Part shown: positions 50,148 through 59,583 of the stretch, piece after piece
How positions within the stretch are numbered: position 1 is the first letter of the stretch
Layout: the number at the start of each line of letters is the position of its first letter
Assembly: GCA_963755025.1 (NCBI GenBank)
Contig: CAVWIH010000014.1
Location: 160,001 to 224,000, forward strand
Reading direction: 5' to 3'
DNA from: an uncultured Actinomycetes bacterium
GTDB taxonomy: Bacteria > Actinomycetota > Thermoleophilia > UBA2241
DNA: 64,000 bases
The notes under the pieces: generated by a model
Databases searched by the model: none
Told to the model about the DNA's origin: nothing
Seen by the model: only the letters and a program-made list of their open reading frames with translations
Made by a program: the position numbers and the translations under genes

Positions 50148-52015
50148 TGTTCCTCGTCTCTCGATGACGACGGGAGCTCGCCTGCGAAAGCGTCGGGCGG
50201 GGTCGGCGCCACGGGCGCCACCACTTCGTCGCCGGTGGGCGCCCCACCGGCGCCGGCGAGGTCCTCGTCGATCTGGTCGGCGAAGCCCTCGAGTGCTCCG
50301 GTCCCGAGCTGCGAAGTGACGATCTCACGGTAGGTCTCGCAGGACTGCAGCAGCTCATCGTGCGTGCCGAGGCCGACGACGCCGCCGTCTTCGAGCACGA
50401 CGATCTGCTGGGCGTTCATGATGGTTCCGACGCGCTGGGCGACCACGATAGTGGTGGCCTGGGCGGTCTCGCGCCGCAGCGCGGCGCGCAGGTCGGCGTC
50501 GGTCTTCACGTCGACCGCCGAGAAGCTGTCGTCGAAGATGTAGATGCAGGCTTTCTTTGCGAGGGCCCTGGCGATGGCCAGACGCTGGCGCTGGCCGCCC
50601 GACACGCTGGCCCCAGCCTGGGCGACCTGCGTCTCGAGCCTCTCCGGCATCTCGCTCACGAACTCGATCGCCTGAGCGACGTCGAGCAGGTGCCACAGCT
50701 CGTCGTCGGTCGCGTCGGGCCGCCCGTAGCGCAGGTTGTCGGCGACGCTGCCGCTGAATAGGAAGGCCGACTGCGGGACCAACCCGATCCGCTGCCACAG
50801 GTCCTGCGGCTCGTACTCGCGCACGTCGACGCCGTCGACAAGCACCGCGCCCCCGGTGACGTCGTACAGGCGCGGGACGAGGTTGATGAGGGTCGACTTG
50901 CCGCTGCCCGTGCCGCCCACGATGGCGGTCATCTGGCCAGGCGCCGCGGTGAAGGAGATGTGCGACAGAACGGGTTGCTCGGCGCCGGGGTAGCGGAACT
51001 CGACGTCGCGGAACTCGACGATGCCCATCGCCTGCGTGCCGGTGACCGGCTGCTCGGGCGCGGCCACCGAGGGCCTGACGTCGAGCACAGCCTGGATGCG
51101 CTCGCCGGCGGCGGCGGCGCGCGGCACCATGACGAACATGATGGTCGCCATGATCACGGAGAACAGGATCAGGTAGGTGTACTGCAGGAACGCTTGCAGG
51201 TCGCCGATCGCCATGCCGTGGTACTGGATCTGCCTGCCGCCGAGCCAGACCAGAACGACCGTCGTGAGCTGCATGATCAGCATGATCACCGGAAACATCA
51301 CGGCGAACATGCGGTTGACCCGCAGGGCCGTGTCGGTGAGGTCGACATTGGCATCGTTGAAGCGCCGCTCCTCGTACTTCGTGCGATCGAAGGCGCGGAT
51401 CACGCGCACGCCCGACAGGACCTCGCGGCTGACCTGGTTGACCCGGTCGATCTTGCCCTGCATCGAGCGGAACAGCGGCAGGGCGCGCACCACGATGCTG
51501 GCGAGGAAGACGCCCATGACGACGACCGCGGCGACGATGACGCCCGAGAGCGGCACGTTGAGGCGCACCGCCATGATGATGCCGCCGACGGCCATGAAGG
51601 GCGCCACCAGCACGACGTTGAACAGCATCAGCACCACCTGCTGGACCTGGTAGACGTCGTTGGTGTCGCGGGTGATGAGTGAGGCGGTGCCGAATTGGTT
51701 GAGCTCGGCGAGCGAGAAGCTTTCGACCTTGCGGAATAGCAGGCCGCGCACGTCGCGGCCGAAGGCCATGGCCGTCCGGGAGCCAAAGTACACACCGGCG
51801 ATCGTGGCGACGACGAGCACCGCGCTTAAGATCAGCATGACGGCGCCCATGCGCTCGATGTAGTGCACGTCGCCCGTGGTCACGCCGTGCGTGATGATGT
51901 CGCCGTTGATCGTGGGCAGCGACAGGTTCGTGATCGCCTGCACGAGCAGGAGCGCAAAGATGATGAGGATGCTCCAGCGGTAGGGCGCGAGCCGTTCGCG
52001 AAGCAGCCTGCTCAC
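50144..52015 (-). CDS. ABC exporter, fused permease/ATPase subunit A
   Basis: GGTGSGKST and VSGGQRQR; degenerate IFDDS and AQR motifs typical of heterodimeric exporters. Confidence 0.92.
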   Translation of the reverse strand: MSRLLRERLAPYRWSILIIFALLLVQAITNLSLPTINGDIITHGVTTGDVHYIERMGAVMLILSAVLVVATIAGVYFGSRTAMAFGRDVRGLLFRKVESFSLAELNQFGTASLITRDTNDVYQVQQVVLMLFNVVLVAPFMAVGGIIMAVRLNVPLSGVIVAAVVVMGVFLASIVVRALPLFRSMQGKIDRVNQVSREVLSGVRVIRAFDRTKYEERRFNDANVDLTDTALRVNRMFAVMFPVIMLIMQLTTVVLVWLGGRQIQYHGMAIGDLQAFLQYTYLILFSVIMATIMFVMVPRAAAAGERIQAVLDVRPSVAAPEQPVTGTQAMGIVEFRDVEFRYPGAEQPVLSHISFTAAPGQMTAIVGGTGSGKSTLINLVPRLYDVTGGAVLVDGVDVREYEPQDLWQRIGLVPQSAFLFSGSVADNLRYGRPDATDDELWHLLDVAQAIEFVSEMPERLETQVAQAGASVSGGQRQRLAIARALAKKACIYIFDDSFSAVDVKTDADLRAALRRETAQATTIVVAQRVGTIMNAQQIVVLEDGGVVGLGTHDELLQSCETYREIVTSQLGTGALEGFADQIDEDLAGAGGAPTGDEVVAPVAPTPPDAFAGELPSSSRDEEQ

Positions 52016-52581
52016 GCCGGTACCCGCGAGGCGTGCGCCGAGGGCCGGTCCCCGTCCGCGGTCTGTGCGGCGCCGCCGTGCGGCGCGCGCTGCGCGTCGA
52101 GCGCCGCGGAGATGCTGACGGTGAAGGCGTTGAGCAGGCGCTCGAGCTCGGCGCGATCGGCTTCGGGCAGGGTGCCGATCGTCTCGTTGATGGTGGCCGC
52201 CGACACGGCCCGCAGGCCGGTCTCGAGCTCTCGTCCCGCGCTCGTCAGGTGCACGCGAGTCAGGCGCTGGTCGGTCTGGTCGGGGCGGCGCTCGATCGCG
52301 CCGGCCTTCTCCATGGCCTGCAGCATCTTGCTCACGGTGGGCCGCGACAGGCGCAGCGCCTCGGCCAGGTCGCGCTGCGTGATGCCGTCGTTGGCCGACA
52401 GCAGGCGCAGGCAGATGGCCTGACCGGGGTGGGTGTCGCGTTCGGAGAGCGTCGCGATCATGAGCTGGCGGTGCAGACGCAGCGCGTTCAAGAAGGCGCG
52501 AAAGACCCGTACGGACAGCTCATCGACGCCCTCGAGCTCGTCGAGCGACAGCTTGAACGCAGCGTGTGCCGCCTTGTCCAC
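52012..52581 (-). CDS. MarR family transcriptional regulator
   Basis: GITQRDLAEALRLSRPTVSKMLQAMEKAGAIER..D.TDQR...LT..G. Confidence 0.9.
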   Translation of the reverse strand: MDKAAHAAFKLSLDELEGVDELSVRVFRAFLNALRLHRQLMIATLSERDTHPGQAICLRLLSANDGITQRDLAEALRLSRPTVSKMLQAMEKAGAIERRPDQTDQRLTRVHLTSAGRELETGLRAVSAATINETIGTLPEADRAELERLLNAFTVSISAALDAQRAPHGGAAQTADGDRPSAHASRVPA

Positions 52582-52624
52582 GATGGACCTCCCCAGAGAC
52601 TTCGACTCCGACTTCCGCAGCAAA

Positions 52625-52654
52625 CGTTAGCATACTAACGATTAGCACACAAAC
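52625..52654. promoter_or_regulatory. Putative MarR operator
   Basis: Palindrome CGTTAG-CATA-CTAACG (52625-52640) followed by a degenerate copy TTAGCACACAAAC, directly upstream of marR. Confidence 0.65.
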
Positions 52655-52780
52655 CGTCTCCCGGAACGGTCGGCCGCAGAGCGTAGCCCCACCACTCAGA
52701 CCCGCGTCGCCCGGACCCCGACCGGCCGCCTCGCCGGCTACCCGGCGGCAACGTCATTGCCCTCCCGACGCCACGGGTAT

Positions 52781-52903
52781 CAGGCCAACGGCGCCTGCCG
52801 TGGGCGAGCAGGCCGACGGCGCAAGGTGGGCGAGCAGGCCAACGGCGCATGCCGTGGGCGAGCAGGCCGGCGACGCATGCCGTGGGCGAGCCGGCCGGCG
52901 GCG
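52781..52903. repeat. 4.5 x 26-28-bp palindromic tandem repeat
   Basis: Consensus CAGGCCAACGGCGCATGCCGTGGGCGAG at 52781, 52809, 52835 and 52863. Confidence 0.85.
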
Positions 52904-52929
52904 TGGCGGCAACGAGCAAGGAGGCCACG

Positions 52930-53697
52930 ATGACCCTGACAGGCAAGGCGGCGATCGTCACGGGCGGCGACAGCGGCATCGGCCACGCGATCAGCGTCGC
53001 GCTCGGCAAGGCCGGCGCCGCGGTCACCGTCAACTACCACAAGAACGAGGCGGCGGCGGCGGCCACCGTGCAGGAGATCGAGCGGGCCGGCGGACACGCC
53101 CAGTCGTTGCAGGGCGACGTCTCGGCCGTAGCCGACATGCAGCGCTTAGTCGACGAGACGGTCAAGGCGTACGGCCACCTCGACGTGCTGGTCAATAACG
53201 CCGGCATGGAGACGCGCACCTCGGTGCTCGACACCACCGAGCGCGAGTTCGACCTCGTGATCGCGATCGACTTGAAGAGCGCCTTCTTCGGCGTGCAGTG
53301 CGCCGCCCGGCAGATGATCAAGCAGGGCGGCGGCGGCCACATCGTCAACATCTCCTCGATCCACGAGGACTGGCCCATGCCCGGCAACGCCGCCTACTGC
53401 TGCGCCAAGGGCGGCGTCCGCATGCTCACGCGCACGGCCGGCGTCGAGCTCGCCCCGCACGGCATCCTCGTGGCGGGCGTGGCGCCGGGCGCCGTGAACA
53501 CGCCGATCGACGCCGCCACCTTCGCCGACCCGGCCATGAACAAGAAGCTGCACGAAGCCATTCCCCTGGGCCGGGTCGCCCAGCCCGAGGAGATCGCCGC
53601 GCTCGTCGCCTGGCTGGCCTCCGACGAAGCGTCGTACGGCACGGCCACCACCTACGTGCTCGACGGCGGCATGATGCAGGCCAGCGTGGGGCTCTGA
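52930..53697 (+). CDS. SDR oxidoreductase, glucose-1-dehydrogenase-like
   Basis: TGGDSGIG, VNYHKN, LVNNAG, SSIHE, YCCAK and APGAVNTP. RBS AAGGAGG. Confidence 0.85.
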   Translation: MTLTGKAAIVTGGDSGIGHAISVALGKAGAAVTVNYHKNEAAAAATVQEIERAGGHAQSLQGDVSAVADMQRLVDETVKAYGHLDVLVNNAGMETRTSVLDTTEREFDLVIAIDLKSAFFGVQCAARQMIKQGGGGHIVNISSIHEDWPMPGNAAYCCAKGGVRMLTRTAGVELAPHGILVAGVAPGAVNTPIDAATFADPAMNKKLHEAIPLGRVAQPEEIAALVAWLASDEASYGTATTYVLDGGMMQASVGL

Positions 53698-53702
53698 GGG
53701 CC

Positions 53703-55040
53703 ATGAAGCAGCGCGTGCTCGTGCTCGGCGGCGGCTTCGGCGGCGTGGCCGCCGCCCGCCATCTCAGCGACCCCAGGGCCGCCGGCCGCGACGGCGCGGC
53801 CGACGTCGAGGTCCGACTGGTCAACCGCTCGAACTTCCTCACCTACACGCCGTTCCTGGCCGACGTCGCCGGCGGCACCATCGCCGTGGTGCACGCCGTG
53901 CCGCCGCTGCGCGCCATGGCTCCCGCCGCTCACAGCGAGGTGGCCGAGGTCGAGAGCATCGACGTGGCCGCCCAGCGCGTCGCGGTGCGGCTGCCCGACG
54001 GCCGCGCCGAGAGCCGCGAGTTCGACTACCTGGTGATCGCCCTCGGCGCCACCACGAGCTACCGCCACGGCAAGGGCGCCGCCGAGTTCGGCCTGCCACT
54101 TTACGACGTGGCCGACGCCTACCTGCTGCGCAACCGCGTGCTCGAGATGCTCGAACTGGCTTCGGTCAGCCGCGACCCGGCGCTGCGCCGCGAGCTGCTC
54201 ACCTTCGTGTTCTGCGGCGGCGGCTTTTCGGGCATAGAGGGCGCCGCCGCCGTCGAAGACCTGGTCCACGAAGCGCTGCGCTTTTACCCGTCCCTCGGGC
54301 CCGACGAGCCGCGCTTCATCCTGGCGCCGCACGGCGACCGGCTGCTCGCCCAGATCGACGAGCGCCTCGGCACGTACGTGCTCGAGCGCCTGCGGCGGCG
54401 CGGCGTCGACGTGCGGCTCGGCGTCGGGGTCGAGGCGCTCACGGCGCGCTCCGCCACCCTGAGCACCGGCGAGACCGTGCCCACCCGTACCGTCCTCTGG
54501 GCCGCCGGCATCGAGGTCAACCCCCTGCTGCGCAGCGTCGACCTGCCCAAGGATGCCCACGGCGCCCTGCAGGTGGGTCGTAACCTGCAGGTCGCCGGCC
54601 ACGACAACGTCTTCGCCCTGGGCGATTGCGCGGCGGTGCCCGCCGCGCAGCCCGGCTCGTTCTACGCGGCCACCGCCCAGAACGCCGAGCGCGAGGGCCG
54701 GGTCGTGGCCGCCAACATCGCGGCGCTGCTGCACGGCCGGCCGGCGCAGCGCACCTTCGACTACGCCCCGATCGGCAGCCTCGCCAGCCTCGGCCACCGC
54801 GAGGCCGTCGCCCAGCTCAAGGGCGTCAAGCTCGCGGGAGTCGGCGCCTGGTTCCTGTGGCGGGGCGTCTACCTCGGCAAGCTGCCGCGCTTCTCGCGCA
54901 AGCTCCAGGTGGCGCTCGACTGGGCGGGCGACCTGGTCAGCCCGGCCGAGATCACCTACCTGCCGATGGGCGCCTTCGCCGCGGCGCGCGCCCGCGACAA
55001 CGAGCGCCGCGACGAGCGCGACGTGGCCCAGGCGTCGTAG
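53703..55040 (+). CDS. ndh: Type II NAD(P)H:quinone oxidoreductase
   Basis: VLGGGFGG, YTPFL, CGGGFSGIE, FALGDCA and ATAQNA. Confidence 0.85.
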   Translation: MKQRVLVLGGGFGGVAAARHLSDPRAAGRDGAADVEVRLVNRSNFLTYTPFLADVAGGTIAVVHAVPPLRAMAPAAHSEVAEVESIDVAAQRVAVRLPDGRAESREFDYLVIALGATTSYRHGKGAAEFGLPLYDVADAYLLRNRVLEMLELASVSRDPALRRELLTFVFCGGGFSGIEGAAAVEDLVHEALRFYPSLGPDEPRFILAPHGDRLLAQIDERLGTYVLERLRRRGVDVRLGVGVEALTARSATLSTGETVPTRTVLWAAGIEVNPLLRSVDLPKDAHGALQVGRNLQVAGHDNVFALGDCAAVPAAQPGSFYAATAQNAEREGRVVAANIAALLHGRPAQRTFDYAPIGSLASLGHREAVAQLKGVKLAGVGAWFLWRGVYLGKLPRFSRKLQVALDWAGDLVSPAEITYLPMGAFAAARARDNERRDERDVAQAS

Positions 55041-55317
55041 CGGGGCCGCCGAAGAGGGCGGTCACCCGCGGGTCGCCGCCGGCTGTGGGCCGCCGCGGCG
55101 CGAGCGCCCACGGCGCGGCCACCGAGGGGGCTGTGGCACGCCGCGGAAGTTTTTCAGTCCAACGGCGTAAAAACGTTGAACCGATGGAGCCCGGGGCCAT
55201 ATCATCGCCTTCGTGAGGGCGCGGGCACGTCTCGCCGCCTTGCCCAGATACGGATGAGCGCGCGGGTCCCAACACTCCTCGCGCGTGGCCGCGGTGTTCA
55301 ACAGGGGGAGTGCGCAG

Positions 55318-56736
55318 ATGAGGAGCTCGGTGGTCGTGGGTGTCTCGCAACTCGATCTTGCTCGTCTGCAGTTCGCGGCGACGAGCATCTACCACTTCTT
55401 GTTCGTCCCGGTCACGATCGGCCTGGCGTTCCTGGTCGCCATCCTGCAGACGCTCTGGCACCGCCGCGGCGACGAAGACTACCTGCGACTCACGCGCTTC
55501 TTCGGCACCCTGCTGCTGATCAACGTGGCGGTGGGCGTGGTCACCGGCCTCGTGCAAGAGTTCCAGTTCGGCATGGCCTGGTCGTCGTACTCGCGCTTTG
55601 TCGGCGACGTCTTCGGCGCGCCCCTCGCCATCGAAGGCCTGGCCGCTTTCTTCCTCGAATCGACCTTCCTCGGCCTCTGGCTGTTCGGCTGGGGCCGCCT
55701 GCCCAAGGGCGTGCACCTGGCCACCATCTGGCTGGTCGCCCTGGGCACCGTCCTGTCGGCGGCCTTCATCATGGCCGCCAACTCCTGGATGCAGCACCCC
55801 GTGGGCTACAAGATCGACCCGGTCTCGGGGCGCGCCCAGCTCACCAGCATCTGGGCGGTGCTCGTGAACCCGCTGTTCCTGTGGGCCTACGCGCACGTGC
55901 TGCTGGCCGCCGCCGTCACCGGCGCCGGCCTCATGCTCGCCGTGTCGGCGTGGCACCTGCTGCGCCGCTCCGACCACCACATCTTCCACAAGACCGCGCG
56001 CGTCGCCCTCGTCGTGCTCGTGCCGGCCGCCCTGCTCGTGATGCTCGTGGGCAGCGAGCTCGGCGTCTCGGGCGACCACTACCAGCCCATGAAGATCGCC
56101 GCCGGCGAGGCGCTCTGGAACACCTCCCAGCCGGCATCGTTCACGCTCTTCCAGATCGGCGGTTACACCGTCGGCGACCAGAAGCCGAGCTTCGCCATCA
56201 AGATCCCCCACCTGCTCTCGGTGCTGGCGACCAACTCCTGGAACGGCAAGGTCGTGGGCATGAACCAGGTCGACGCCTTGCAGCAGGCCAAGTACGGGGC
56301 GGGCGACTACAGACCCAACGTCTTCGTCGCGTTCTGGTCTATCCGCATCATGGCGTACCTCGCCGGTCTCATCTTCCTGCTCTCGCTGTGGGGGCTGTGG
56401 CTCATGCGCCGCAAGAAGCTCGAGGCCTCGCCCTGGTTCTGCCGCATCGCCATCTGGGCGGTGATCGTGCCCTTCGTCATGAGCACGGCCGGCTGGATGC
56501 TCACCGAGAACGGCCGCCAGCCCTGGATCGTCCAGGGCCTGCAGCTCACCAAGAACGGCGTCTCACCGTCGGTGAGCGCCACCACCATCGGCATCAGCCT
56601 GGCGATCTTCGTGCTGCTCTACGGCGCCATGGCGATCGTCGACGCCGTGCTCATGATCAGGTACGCGCGCAAGCCCCTCGGGCCGCTGCCCGAGCTCGAC
56701 GAGCGCGCCGTTCCCGTCCCCGCGATGACGTACTAA
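55318..56736 (+). CDS. cydA: Cytochrome bd oxidase subunit I (start may be GTG at 55330 or 55336)
   Basis: LARLQFA...YHFLFVP, QEFQFG, ESTF, NSWMQHP, QPMKIAAGE and GWMLTENGRQPW. Confidence 0.95.
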   Translation: MRSSVVVGVSQLDLARLQFAATSIYHFLFVPVTIGLAFLVAILQTLWHRRGDEDYLRLTRFFGTLLLINVAVGVVTGLVQEFQFGMAWSSYSRFVGDVFGAPLAIEGLAAFFLESTFLGLWLFGWGRLPKGVHLATIWLVALGTVLSAAFIMAANSWMQHPVGYKIDPVSGRAQLTSIWAVLVNPLFLWAYAHVLLAAAVTGAGLMLAVSAWHLLRRSDHHIFHKTARVALVVLVPAALLVMLVGSELGVSGDHYQPMKIAAGEALWNTSQPASFTLFQIGGYTVGDQKPSFAIKIPHLLSVLATNSWNGKVVGMNQVDALQQAKYGAGDYRPNVFVAFWSIRIMAYLAGLIFLLSLWGLWLMRRKKLEASPWFCRIAIWAVIVPFVMSTAGWMLTENGRQPWIVQGLQLTKNGVSPSVSATTIGISLAIFVLLYGAMAIVDAVLMIRYARKPLGPLPELDERAVPVPAMTY

Positions 56737-56748
56737 AGGAGGCCGGCC

Positions 56749-57807
56749 ATGTCCCTTGCGATACTCTGGTTCATAGTGCTCGCGCTTCTGTGGTGCGGCT
56801 TTCTCTTTCTCGAAGGGTTCGATTACGGCGTCGGCATGCTGCACTACTTCGTCGGCCGCGACGACGACGAACGGCGCGTGGCGATCAACTCGATCGGCCC
56901 CGTGTGGGACGGCAACGAGGTCTGGCTGATCGTAGCCGGAGCCGGCATGTTCGCCGCCTTCCCCGAGTGGTACGCCACCATGTTCTCGGGCTTCTACCTG
57001 GCGCTCGCCGTGGTGCTCGTGGCGCTCATCATCCGCGGCGTCTCGTTCGAGTTCCGCGGGCAGGGGCAAGGCGCCGCCTGGCGGCGCACCTGGGACGCCA
57101 CCCTCACCGTGGGCAGCTTCCTCATTCCCGTGCTCGTCGGCTGCGCCCTGGGCAACCTGCTGCGCGGCGTGCCGATCGACGCCCACCACGAGTACACCGG
57201 CAGCTTCTTCACGCTGCTCAACCCCTACTCCCTGTTCGTCGGCATCACCGTGCTGCTGCTCTGCCTGGCCCACGGCGCCTCGTTCCTGACGCTCAAGACG
57301 AGTGGCCCCGTGCACGACCGCGCCGAGCACCTGGGCGGCTTTCTTTCGCCGCTCGCCGCGCTCGCGGTCCTGGGCTTCACCGTCTGGACGGTCGCCCTGG
57401 TGCATCACGCCGCACGCGCGCCCGTGCCGGTCGTGGCGGTGCTCGCCATGCTGGCGGCGACCTGGTTCGTGCGCTCGCACCGCGACGGCTGGGCCTTCAT
57501 CGCCACCGCCGTCGCCATGCTGGCCACGGTGGCGACTATCTTCGTGTTCCTCTATCCGCACGTGATGGTGTCGAGCACGGCGGCCGTCAACAGCCTGACG
57601 GTGAGCAACGCCTCGTCGTCGTCGTACACCCTGAAGGTCATGACGGTGGTCACCGCGATCTTCTTCCCCCTCGTGCTGATCTATCAGGGCTGGACCTTCT
57701 ACGTGTTCCGTCGGCGCATCAGCGTCGCCGACGTGCAGGGCAACGGCTCGGGCGGTCAGGCCCCGGCCGCCGCGACCCCCGCCGCGGGAGCGACAGGGGG
57801 TCGCTGA
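56749..57807 (+). CDS. cydB: Cytochrome bd oxidase subunit II
   Basis: LEGFDYGVG, IGPVWDGNEVWL, FAAFP and RGVSFEFR. Confidence 0.95.
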   Translation: MSLAILWFIVLALLWCGFLFLEGFDYGVGMLHYFVGRDDDERRVAINSIGPVWDGNEVWLIVAGAGMFAAFPEWYATMFSGFYLALAVVLVALIIRGVSFEFRGQGQGAAWRRTWDATLTVGSFLIPVLVGCALGNLLRGVPIDAHHEYTGSFFTLLNPYSLFVGITVLLLCLAHGASFLTLKTSGPVHDRAEHLGGFLSPLAALAVLGFTVWTVALVHHAARAPVPVVAVLAMLAATWFVRSHRDGWAFIATAVAMLATVATIFVFLYPHVMVSSTAAVNSLTVSNASSSSYTLKVMTVVTAIFFPLVLIYQGWTFYVFRRRISVADVQGNGSGGQAPAAATPAAGATGGR

Positions 57808-57813
57808 CCCGCT

Positions 57814-59583
57814 GTGAGGACGCTCGACCCGCGGCTGCTGCGCACGGCGCGCGGGGCGCGCACGGCGCTCGCCGCCGACGTCGCCCTGGGGCTGCTCGCC
57901 ACCGTGGCGCTGCTCGCCCAGGCGACGCTGTTCGCCTACGCCGTCTCGCAGGCCTTTGCCGGCCGCGGCCTCGGCGCGGTCGCCGGGGCGCTCGTCGCCC
58001 TGGCCGCCCTCGCCGTCGCGCGCGGCCTGCTGGCGGGCGCCTTCGAGGCGACCGGGCGCCGCGCCGCCGCGCGCGTCATGTCGCAGTTGCGACTCGAGCT
58101 CGTGCGGCGGCGCACCCACGACGCCCCCACAGCGGCCGACGGCGCCGAGTCGGGCGAGGTGGCGACGGCCGCCGTGCAGGGCGTCGACGCGCTCGAGACC
58201 TACTTCGCGCGCTACCTCCCGCAGCTCGTGCTGGCCGTGCTCGTGCCCCTGGCGGTGCTCGCCTGGACCGTCGCGGTCGACCCCTTCTCGGCCCTGATCA
58301 TGGCCCTCACGCTGCCCCTGATCCCGGTCTTCATGTGGCTCATCGGGCGCTACACCGAACGCCGCACGCGCGCCCGCTGGAACGCCCTCGCCCGTCTCTC
58401 GAACCACTTTCTCGACGTCATGCGCGGCCTCACCACGCTGCGCGCCTTCAACCGCGGCGAGGCCCAGACCGAGCGCATCGCCGCCGTCGGCGAGGAGTAT
58501 CGGGGCACCACCATGCAGACGCTGCGGGTCGCCTTTGTGTCGGGCGCCGTGCTCGACCTGGCCGCCACCCTGGCCACCGCGCTCGTGGCGGTCACGCTGG
58601 GGCTGCGGCTGGTCGACGGCACCGTGACCTTGCGCGCCGCGCTCACCGTGCTGCTCCTCACCCCCGAGCTCTACGTGCCGCTGCGCGCGCTGGCGCTGCA
58701 GTTCCACGCGAGCGCCGACGGCCTGGCCGCCGCCGAGCGCATCCTCGACCTGATCGACGCGCCCGGCGCGGCGCCCGCCGGAGCGGCGGCCGCGCCCCTC
58801 GCCTGGCAAACGCTGCGCCTCGACGGTGTCAGCCTCGCCAACCCGGGACGCCCCGGGCAGGTCCTCGACGACGTCGCCTTCGAGCTGCGCCGCGGCGAGA
58901 TCTGCGCCCTGGTGGGCCGCAGCGGCGCCGGCAAGACCACGGTGGCCGCCCTGCTGCTCGGCTTGCGCCGCCCCGACACGGGGCGCGTGACGGTCGACGG
59001 CGTCGACCTTGCCGGGCTCGACGCCGCCGCCTGGCGCCGCCAGGTGTCGTGGGTGCCGCAGCGGCCCACGCTGTTCCACGGCAGCGTGGCCTACAACATC
59101 GCCCTGGGCCTCGACGGCCTGACAGCAGACCAGGTCGAGCGGGCCGCGCGCCTGGCCGGCGCCGACGAGTTCGTGCGCGAGTTGCCGCACGGCTACGACA
59201 CGACGATCGGTGAAGGCGGGCGCAGCCTGTCGGCCGGCGAGACGCGGCGCGTCGCCCTGGCGCGTGCGCTGGTGCGCGACGCACCCCTGCTGATCCTCGA
59301 CGAACCGACGGCCGACTTAGACGCCGAGAGCGCCGCCGTGGTCACGGCGGCCATCGGCGAGGCGCGCGAGGGCCGGGCGGTGCTCGTCATCGAGCACCGC
59401 CCGGCCCTCGCGCGCCTCGCCGACCGCGTGGTACGCCTGCGCGACGGCAAGACGGTCACGGAGACGGCCGGCGCCGACAGCGCAGGGACTCGTCCGGGAA
59501 CCGGCGCCCCCGGCGACACGACGGCCCCCGGCGCCGCCGGCGCCTCGGCGCCGGTCATCGCACCGGGCGCGGCGCCGGCATGA
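57814..59583 (+). CDS. cydD: Thiol/heme ABC exporter CydD
   Basis: YFARYLPQ, PLIPVFM, PELYVPLR...FHASADG and GRSGAGKTT. Confidence 0.92.
   Translation: MRTLDPRLLRTARGARTALAADVALGLLATVALLAQATLFAYAVSQAFAGRGLGAVAGALVALAALAVARGLLAGAFEATGRRAAARVMSQLRLELVRRRTHDAPTAADGAESGEVATAAVQGVDALETYFARYLPQLVLAVLVPLAVLAWTVAVDPFSALIMALTLPLIPVFMWLIGRYTERRTRARWNALARLSNHFLDVMRGLTTLRAFNRGEAQTERIAAVGEEYRGTTMQTLRVAFVSGAVLDLAATLATALVAVTLGLRLVDGTVTLRAALTVLLLTPELYVPLRALALQFHASADGLAAAERILDLIDAPGAAPAGAAAAPLAWQTLRLDGVSLANPGRPGQVLDDVAFELRRGEICALVGRSGAGKTTVAALLLGLRRPDTGRVTVDGVDLAGLDAAAWRRQVSWVPQRPTLFHGSVAYNIALGLDGLTADQVERAARLAGADEFVRELPHGYDTTIGEGGRSLSAGETRRVALARALVRDAPLLILDEPTADLDAESAAVVTAAIGEAREGRAVLVIEHRPALARLADRVVRLRDGKTVTETAGADSAGTRPGTGAPGDTTAPGAAGASAPVIAPGAAPA

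Noticed and set aside
55140-55200. Rex or FNR box upstream of cydA
   Set aside because: An AT-richer tract exists, but there is no TTGTGAA-N4-TTCACAA or TTGAT-N4-ATCAA match.
55176-59213. Very long alternative-frame or antisense ORFs (1345 aa here; also 20721..23537 and 56563..59190)
   Set aside because: They are Arg/Ala/Pro-rich shadow frames of real genes, expected at this GC content.
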